This document shows positions 58,047 through 64,000 of a DNA stretch of 64,000 bases, one piece after another (the stretch's first letter is position 1; each line of letters starts with the position of its first letter). The position numbers and the translations under genes were made by a program. The notes under the pieces were generated by a model. The model searched no databases. It worked only from the letters and a program-made list of their open reading frames with translations, and was not told where the DNA came from. Source of the stretch: Nanobdellota archaeon (GTDB lineage: Archaea > Nanobdellota > Nanobdellia > CSSed11-243R1); assembly GCA_021162365.1 (NCBI GenBank), contig JAGGYW010000013.1, positions 8,960-72,959 of the forward strand, given 5' to 3'.

Positions 58047-58646
58047 TTACTTCTTTGCTACTTCTTTCTTTTCCTTGAGTAGTTCTACCTTTCTGACATC
58101 AAAGAATCTAAGAGGATATACTTTGCTTATTTTCTTTTGCATTTCTCTTTGGAGTTTACCAATTGATAATGAAGCTATGAGGGACTCGATGTCTTGAGAA
58201 GGGATGCTGTTTTCTATTTCTTTTTCTATTGCTTTTACAAGTGCAGATTGTTGAGAAGAACTTGTTCTGTGTAATGTGACTGCAACAACTTTTATTCTGT
58301 ATTTCTTTCCATCTTTTAATCTCAAATCTTTGACTACTTCTATTTTTGTTGTTCTTCGTCTTATCATTCTTTGTAAGAATGGCTTTGAAAGCTCGTATGA
58401 CGCAATTGTAGTATATGCATGCTCTCCTGTGACTTTTGTTATCTTTAGTTTTATAACTATGTTGTGTTTTGTGATGTCTCCACTTATCTCTGAAAATGGA
58501 ACCTTAATTGTTCTCCCGATTATAGACTGCTCATCTTTGCCTAGCGTTTCTCCGATTTCATTTTCATTAAATATTTTTGGAGCATGTACCTTAAACCATA
58601 TCTTCCCACGCTTGATTTTCCTTCTTGTTGTGGTTTTTCTTGCCAT
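58047..58646 (-). CDS. rps3ae: 30S ribosomal protein S3Ae (eS1).
   Basis: KKIKRGKIWFKVHAPKIF... archaeal S3Ae signature. Confidence 0.85.
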   Translation of the reverse strand: MARKTTTRRKIKRGKIWFKVHAPKIFNENEIGETLGKDEQSIIGRTIKVPFSEISGDITKHNIVIKLKITKVTGEHAYTTIASYELSKPFLQRMIRRRTTKIEVVKDLRLKDGKKYRIKVVAVTLHRTSSSQQSALVKAIEKEIENSIPSQDIESLIASLSIGKLQREMQKKISKVYPLRFFDVRKVELLKEKKEVAKK

Positions 58647-58651
58647 TCACA

Positions 58652-59107
58652 TCACTTTAACAATAAGTTAATATTTTCCCTCGAGTATTTCCAGTCTTTT
58701 GGAAGTCTTTTTGTTTTCTTATAATATCTAACAAGACGTCTTATTTTTGATTCAGTTAATTGGAGCCCTCTTTTTGCAGTCATGTCCTTCCTGTTTTTTT
58801 CCATATGTTTCATAATTGCAATTACTCTTCTCATTAGATTTTTAAGATCTTCAGGAACTTTAGATGCAAGCTGATTTTCCTCTAAGATTTTTGTTATTTT
58901 TTTGCCTGTTATCGACTTAACACTTGGAATTCCATAGGAATCTCTGAGAATTAATCCTATCTCGGCAGAGCTTTTTCCTTCTTTTGCCAATTTTATAACG
59001 AGTTTTTCAACTTCTTCTGCTTTGTATTTTACCCAGCTAGGAGCGACTTTACTAACTGGCTTAGTTGATCCACTCTTTCCTCTTTTCCTTGAATGCATTC
59101 TTGCCAT
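58652..59107 (-). CDS. rps15: 30S ribosomal protein S15 (uS15; S13e type).
   Basis: [18 protein letters not shown]-terminus typical of archaeal S15P. Confidence 0.85.
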   Translation of the reverse strand: MARMHSRKRGKSGSTKPVSKVAPSWVKYKAEEVEKLVIKLAKEGKSSAEIGLILRDSYGIPSVKSITGKKITKILEENQLASKVPEDLKNLMRRVIAIMKHMEKNRKDMTAKRGLQLTESKIRRLVRYYKKTKRLPKDWKYSRENINLLLK

Positions 59108-59291
59108 TTAATTCACCCGAACATGTTTCGCTTTCACGAAACATGTCTTGTTAGATAATATTTGCAATTTTGATTCCTTTTTAAATCTTTTGCTTTTGGT
59201 TTCAATATGCAGTGGTTCGTTCACACAATATGTTGTTATACCACATGTTGAGCATAACAATTTAAATACCTTTTATGTGTTACAGTTTCTC

Positions 59292-61664
59292 ATGGCAAAA
59301 AACTTCAGGTTGTTTGGGATTTTACTTTTAGCACTTGTGACTCTTAGTGTTGCTAATGCAGATTGGACGATGTTTGGTGGAAATGTTAATAGAACCTTTG
59401 CAGCGGGTGATGTAGCAGATATTGTGAACTTAGCGTTATTATGGGATTATTCAGTTTCGTGCGAGCAGGCTTTTGGCTCGGTACAGTTGATGACACCAGT
59501 AGTAGTTGATAATATTAATGGGAATACAGTTGCAGTATTCAACTCTAATTGTGGGGATGGTAAAGTTTTTGCGCTAAATCTCGATGACAAGTCAAAGCTT
59601 TGGGAGTTTAACTTGCCAAACTATTCTATGTCTCAACCAGTTTATTATAACGGTATTGTTATCATAGGGAATGACTTAGGGAATGTTTATGATGATAACT
59701 GGAATTTAATTGCATCTTACCCATCCCATCTTTATGCCATTAATGTAACTGACGGTAGCTTGGTATGGCAAAAAGATTTTGATAAATCAATAGATACTTC
59801 CCCTCTTGTTGTTGATGGAGTTCTTTACTTTGGACTTAATGGTGCTAATTCACCATTTTTAGTTTTAAATACAACAACCGGCGAAAACCTAACTGATGGA
59901 CACATAGTTTACAATGGGAACAAGGTTTACTTCCCCGGGAGTGTAATGTCTCCATTTGCGCTTCTTGGAGATAACATTGTTGCGGGAGTTACAGATTCAA
60001 ATTGGGGAAATAGTGGATGGCTTTATTTAATTAACAAGAGCGGTTATGCGGTAAAGAATGTGACAGTAGATGGGTATGTTAAGGCAGCACCAGCGATTTA
60101 CAACAACACAATTTTTCTTGGAACAGGCAGCGGGCTTCGTGTTTATGATTCTAACTTAAATTTGTTAGCAAGTTATAATACAGAACCGATACAGATGGGT
60201 GTGAATGTAAATGACTATGATGGTGATGGGAAGCCCGAGATTGTATTTGGAGTTGGAGATTATTTCACTAACAGCGAAAAGAAAGTTTACGTTCTCGAGT
60301 TTAATGGGACAGGATTAGCTTCTGAAAAGACATTTGATGCAAAAAGCTATGTTGCGTCAGTTCCTCTTGTGATGGATATTAACAACGATGGCAATCTTGA
60401 GGTAGTTTTTGAAGATAGGAGCAATAGTACTTATGTCTACAATTACACGAGTGGTGAGTTAATTAAAGAGATAGAAGGTGTTCATGGGACTGCAGCACCC
60501 GTTTTTTATAATGTCTCTGGAAAGGAATCTGTCTTACTTGCAGGAGATGATTCTTTTTTTGTGTTTAGTAATCATCCATACAATTTCTTAGTAGGTGACA
60601 TAGTGGTAAACGACTCAAGTCCAAGGGAATATAGCTTAGTGGGAATTAATATTTCGATTAAAAATGATGGATTTGAGGAGGGAAATGCAACAGTTAGACT
60701 TTACAATGGAAGTAATCTTGTTGATGAAGAAGATGTAATTAACGTATGGCATGATATCGTTAATGTCACTTTTGAAATAGCAGTTGATAGAAATACGAAT
60801 TTAACCGTTAAAATAGAAGCTGTTGAGCAAACAGATTATAACTTAAGCAATAATGAAAAACAAGTTTCAATAACAGTTCGCTATTGTGGGGATGGGATTT
60901 GTAGCCCTTGGGAAAATTGTGATAGCTGTTCAGAAGATTGTTCTTGCAGTTCAGATAATGGTGGAAGTAGTGGAAGCAGTGGTGGAACTACGAACACTTC
61001 ATTTTCAAGTGATTATGTGAACACATTGTTTAACCCAGGGAAACACGTTGAGATTAACATAACTTATGGGAAAATCGATCTGGAAAAAGTTGAGATAAAT
61101 CTAAAAAACAATTTATCTAGGATTGTCTTCAAGGTATCAAAAGTTGACAATCCAAATGTTAGTTTTAGTGGTAAAGTTTACCAATATATTAAAATAGATG
61201 TTGAAGGTGCAACTGACAGTGATATAGAAGGAGCTAATATAACTTTCAAGGTAAATGGCACTTGGCTTGATGAAAATAACATAAGTTATAACGAGGTTGC
61301 TTTGTTTAGATACCACAATGGAGATTGGCAGGAATTAAAGACGCAATTAACAAACCATAAAGATGGAGTGTATTATTTCACGGCGTTTTCCCCAGGATTT
61401 TCGTATTTCGCAATCGGAGTTAAAAATGAAACAACAGTTAAGAATGAAACAAACACAACAAGTGTGGTTAGTGAAACAAGTAGTGTTGAAAGCAGTAGCG
61501 TGGAAAAGGGGGGAAATTCAAATCCATGGATTTGGATTGGTATTTCTATTGTAATCCTTTTTGTGGCAGCGTTTTTATTTTTCAGGCCAAAAATTCCAAA
61601 AGGTGGAAAGGCAAATATAGCTACAGAAGAAGAAATCGATGACATTTTTAGACGAGTAGTTTAA
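59292..61664 (+). CDS. Secreted PQQ-like beta-propeller repeat surface protein (790 aa). Cys-rich linker, PGF-pre-PGF-like segment, C-terminal TM anchor. Start corrected to MAKNFRLFGILLLALVTLSVANA.
   Basis: Repeated ...G.LY.G...G.LYA.N..TG..LW.... propeller blades. CGDGICSPWENCDSCSEDCSC. FTAFSPGFSYFAIG. TM WIWIGISIVILFVAAFLFF. Confidence 0.65.
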   Translation: MAKNFRLFGILLLALVTLSVANADWTMFGGNVNRTFAAGDVADIVNLALLWDYSVSCEQAFGSVQLMTPVVVDNINGNTVAVFNSNCGDGKVFALNLDDKSKLWEFNLPNYSMSQPVYYNGIVIIGNDLGNVYDDNWNLIASYPSHLYAINVTDGSLVWQKDFDKSIDTSPLVVDGVLYFGLNGANSPFLVLNTTTGENLTDGHIVYNGNKVYFPGSVMSPFALLGDNIVAGVTDSNWGNSGWLYLINKSGYAVKNVTVDGYVKAAPAIYNNTIFLGTGSGLRVYDSNLNLLASYNTEPIQMGVNVNDYDGDGKPEIVFGVGDYFTNSEKKVYVLEFNGTGLASEKTFDAKSYVASVPLVMDINNDGNLEVVFEDRSNSTYVYNYTSGELIKEIEGVHGTAAPVFYNVSGKESVLLAGDDSFFVFSNHPYNFLVGDIVVNDSSPREYSLVGINISIKNDGFEEGNATVRLYNGSNLVDEEDVINVWHDIVNVTFEIAVDRNTNLTVKIEAVEQTDYNLSNNEKQVSITVRYCGDGICSPWENCDSCSEDCSCSSDNGGSSGSSGGTTNTSFSSDYVNTLFNPGKHVEINITYGKIDLEKVEINLKNNLSRIVFKVSKVDNPNVSFSGKVYQYIKIDVEGATDSDIEGANITFKVNGTWLDENNISYNEVALFRYHNGDWQELKTQLTNHKDGVYYFTAFSPGFSYFAIGVKNETTVKNETNTTSVVSETSSVESSSVEKGGNSNPWIWIGISIVILFVAAFLFFRPKIPKGGKANIATEEEIDDIFRRVV

Positions 61665-61719
61665 GCTTGACTAACAAATTTTTTGTATTCATATTTTCAA
61701 TAAAGGGAGGTAAATTGAA

Positions 61720-63813
61720 ATGTTTAAAAAAATAAAAAAAAGAGATGGGAGAATTGTAGATTTTGATATTGATAGGATTACAAGTGCAATTACTAGGGCG
61801 GGGGCTGCAACTAAAGAGTTTGATGAAGAAACTGCAAAGAAACTCACACTTAAAGTTTTAGCTTTTGCTGATAAGACAATTAAACAAGAAATACCTTCTG
61901 TAGAGGAAATTCAAGACATTGTAGAAGAAGTATTAATGGCTTCTCCTTATCGTAAAACAGCAAAAGCATATGTGATTTATCGCGAGCAACATGCAAGAAT
62001 TAGAGAGATAGTGTCGAAGGCAAATGTATCTCTTGTGGACCAATATCTGAAAAAAATAGATTGGCAAGTTAATGAAAATAGTAATATGACCTTTTCGTTG
62101 CAAGGATTAAATAATTATATCTCTTCTGAAATTAGTAAAGTTTATTGGCTAAATAGGATATACTCCAAACAAATTAGAGAAGCTCATTTGAATGGTGATT
62201 TTCATATTCATGACCTTGGTTTATTATCAGTATACTGTGTTGGATGGGATTTGTTGGATTTGTTGCTTAATGGATTTAAAGGAGTGCCTGGAAAAGTTGA
62301 AAGTAAACCTGCTAAACATTTTCGTAGTGCACTTGGCCAAATAGTAAACTTTTTTTATACTCTTCAAGGAGAATCTTCAGGAGCCCAGGCATTTTCGAAT
62401 TTTGACACATTATTGGCACCATTTATTAGATATGATGGTCTTAGTTATAAAGAAGTTAAACAAGCATTACAAGAATTTGTTTTTAATGTAAATGTGCCAA
62501 CGAGAGTTGGTTTTCAAACACCGTTTACAAACATAACTCTCGATTTAACAGTTCCATCTAACTTTGTTGATAAACGCGTAGTCATTGGGGGGAAATTTCA
62601 AAAAGAAACATATAGGGATTTTCAGAAAGAGATGGAGATGTTTAATAAGGCTTTTTTGGAGGTAATGCACGAAGGGGATGCAAAAGGAAGGGTTTTTACA
62701 TTTCCAATTCCAACATATAACATAACAAAAGAATTTGATTGGGATAACAAAAATTTAGATTTATTATGGGAGGTTACAGCTAAATATGGAATACCTTATT
62801 TTTCTAATTTCATAAACTCTGATATGAAACCAGAAGATGCTCGTTCAATGTGTTGTAGACTAAGACTTGACACTAGAAAATTAGAGAAAAGAGGTGGAGG
62901 TCTATTTGGGGCTAATCCATTGACTGGTAGTATCGGAGTGGTTACAATTAATATGCCAAGATTGGGGTATTTTGCGAAAGATGAAGAAGATTTCTTAGAT
63001 AAGTTAGAAAGTTTAATGAATCTTGCAAAGGAAAGTTTAGAAATCAAGAGGAAAGTTCTGGAGAAATTCACTGAGAGGGATCTTTATCCTTATACTAAGT
63101 ATTATTTACGAAATATTAAAAGCACCTTTGGTGAATATTGGAAAAATCATTTTTCAACTATAGGTTTGGTTGGTATGAATGAGGCATGTTTAAATTTGCT
63201 TGGGGAGGGAATCTCTTCTAACATAGGAAGAAAATTTACCTTAAGAGTTTTAGATTTTATGAGGGAAAAACTGATAAAATTTCAAGAAGAAACAGGAAAC
63301 AATTATAATCTAGAGGCGACGCCTGCAGAAGGCACAAGTTATAGATTAGCAAAAATAGATAAAGAAAAGTACCCAAAGATTATTTGTGCGAATGAAAAAA
63401 AATACGAACAAGGAGCAGAACCATTTTACACAAATTCGACTCAGTTGCCTGTCAATTTTACAGATGATATTTTTGAAGCGTTAGATTTACAAGATGAAAT
63501 TCAAACAAAATATACTGGTGGAACGGTTCTTCATTTATTTATTGGTGAAAAAATTACGGATATTGGTAGTGTGAAAAGTCTTGTGAAAAAGATATGTAAT
63601 AACTATCATTTGCCGTACTTTACACTTACCCCCACTTTTTCTGTGTGTCCGACACATGGATATATTTCTGGGGAACACGAAAACTGCCCCAAGTGTGGTG
63701 CTAAGTGTGAAATTTATTCAAGAGTTGTTGGATATCTTCGCCCTGTAAGTCAGTGGAATAAAGGTAAGCAAGAAGAATTTAGTTTGAGAAAAACATTTAA
63801 GGTGGTAGGATAA
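61720..63813 (+). CDS. nrdD: Anaerobic ribonucleoside-triphosphate reductase, class III.
   Basis: N-terminal ATP-cone, glycyl-radical enzyme core, C-terminal zinc ribbon CPKCGAKC. Confidence 0.85.
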   Translation: MFKKIKKRDGRIVDFDIDRITSAITRAGAATKEFDEETAKKLTLKVLAFADKTIKQEIPSVEEIQDIVEEVLMASPYRKTAKAYVIYREQHARIREIVSKANVSLVDQYLKKIDWQVNENSNMTFSLQGLNNYISSEISKVYWLNRIYSKQIREAHLNGDFHIHDLGLLSVYCVGWDLLDLLLNGFKGVPGKVESKPAKHFRSALGQIVNFFYTLQGESSGAQAFSNFDTLLAPFIRYDGLSYKEVKQALQEFVFNVNVPTRVGFQTPFTNITLDLTVPSNFVDKRVVIGGKFQKETYRDFQKEMEMFNKAFLEVMHEGDAKGRVFTFPIPTYNITKEFDWDNKNLDLLWEVTAKYGIPYFSNFINSDMKPEDARSMCCRLRLDTRKLEKRGGGLFGANPLTGSIGVVTINMPRLGYFAKDEEDFLDKLESLMNLAKESLEIKRKVLEKFTERDLYPYTKYYLRNIKSTFGEYWKNHFSTIGLVGMNEACLNLLGEGISSNIGRKFTLRVLDFMREKLIKFQEETGNNYNLEATPAEGTSYRLAKIDKEKYPKIICANEKKYEQGAEPFYTNSTQLPVNFTDDIFEALDLQDEIQTKYTGGTVLHLFIGEKITDIGSVKSLVKKICNNYHLPYFTLTPTFSVCPTHGYISGEHENCPKCGAKCEIYSRVVGYLRPVSQWNKGKQEEFSLRKTFKVVG

Positions 63814-63815
63814 GA

Positions 63816-64000
63816 TGTTGATAGGTGGTTTTCAGAAGGTATCTTTAATAGATTATCCCAATAAAGTATGTGCCATTGTTTTTACACAGGGATGTAATTT
63901 TAGATGTCCCTATTGCCACAATCCAGAACTTGTGGATCCCACACTATTTCAGGATCCAATAGAAGAAAAAGAGATATTTTCTTTTTTGAAAAGTAGAGTC
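63816..64000 (+). CDS. nrdG: Anaerobic RNR activating protein (radical SAM). Partial; runs off the window end.
   Basis: MLIGGFQKVSLIDYPNKVCAIVFTQGCNFRCPYCHNPE (Cx3Cx2C). Not in the ORF track because it is edge-truncated. Confidence 0.75.

Noticed and set aside
1-64000. CRISPR arrays, rRNA genes, transposases/IS elements, restriction-modification or toxin-antitoxin genes
   Set aside because: No direct-repeat/spacer periodicity and no rRNA-like GC-rich blocks. No DDE/HUH transposase, methyltransferase or PIN/HEPN-type motifs were recognised in any frame examined.

Overview
AT-rich (roughly mid-30s % GC by eye) archaeal chromosomal segment, densely coded on both strands. The archaeal call rests on ribosomal proteins S3Ae and S15P/S13e, Taw1, tRNA genes interrupted by bulge-helix-bulge-style introns, form III RuBisCO with AMP phosphorylase, and FlaJ with class-III-signal pilins. 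Gene content looks like a small-genome (possibly DPANN-like) lineage, but sequence alone cannot place it.

Housekeeping: AMP-salvage pair (form III RuBisCO and AMP phosphorylase); P-type ATPase; ArgRS, AspRS; agmatinase; a dNTP module (dCMP deaminase, CobA-type adenosyltransferase, class II RNR, NrdR); GlmS; GalT-like; PurF-like; ApgM; NAD kinase; GDH; TrxB; Nfo; Nth; Taw1; THEP1; S3Ae; S15; NrdD with partial NrdG.

Accessory content:
(i) Four tRNA genes (Arg-TCG, Arg-CCT, Val-TAC, Gly-GCC) each split by two or three introns at non-canonical D-loop and T-loop positions, plus the canonical anticodon-loop site in most. Two intron-less tRNAs (Ala-CGC, Arg-GCG) are also present.
(ii) A family of AT-rich TTTCTT..AAGAAA mini-hairpins and a 22-nt exact repeat, found both inside those tRNA introns and free-standing in intergenic DNA.
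(iii) Clusters of very large single-pass surface proteins (1569 aa, 1325 aa, an edge-truncated >748 aa protein with an internal ~300-aa tandem repeat, and a 790-aa beta-propeller protein). One cluster (27214-33600) combines a giant protein whose C-terminal ~130-aa domain recurs as a stand-alone secreted protein, an Ig-like anchored protein, and an in-frame winged-HTH-like N-terminal extension behind a 19-bp perfect palindrome.
(iv) A type-IV-pilus-like locus: FlaJ/TadC-like platform protein followed by six class-III-signal pilin genes, with no ATPase adjacent.

No rRNA, CRISPR, or recognisable transposase or defence genes were seen. The ORF track omits edge-truncated ORFs (1..2246 minus strand; nrdG at the 3' end) and ORFs under 60 aa. 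Several track starts are over-extended; corrected starts are given where the sequence supports them.
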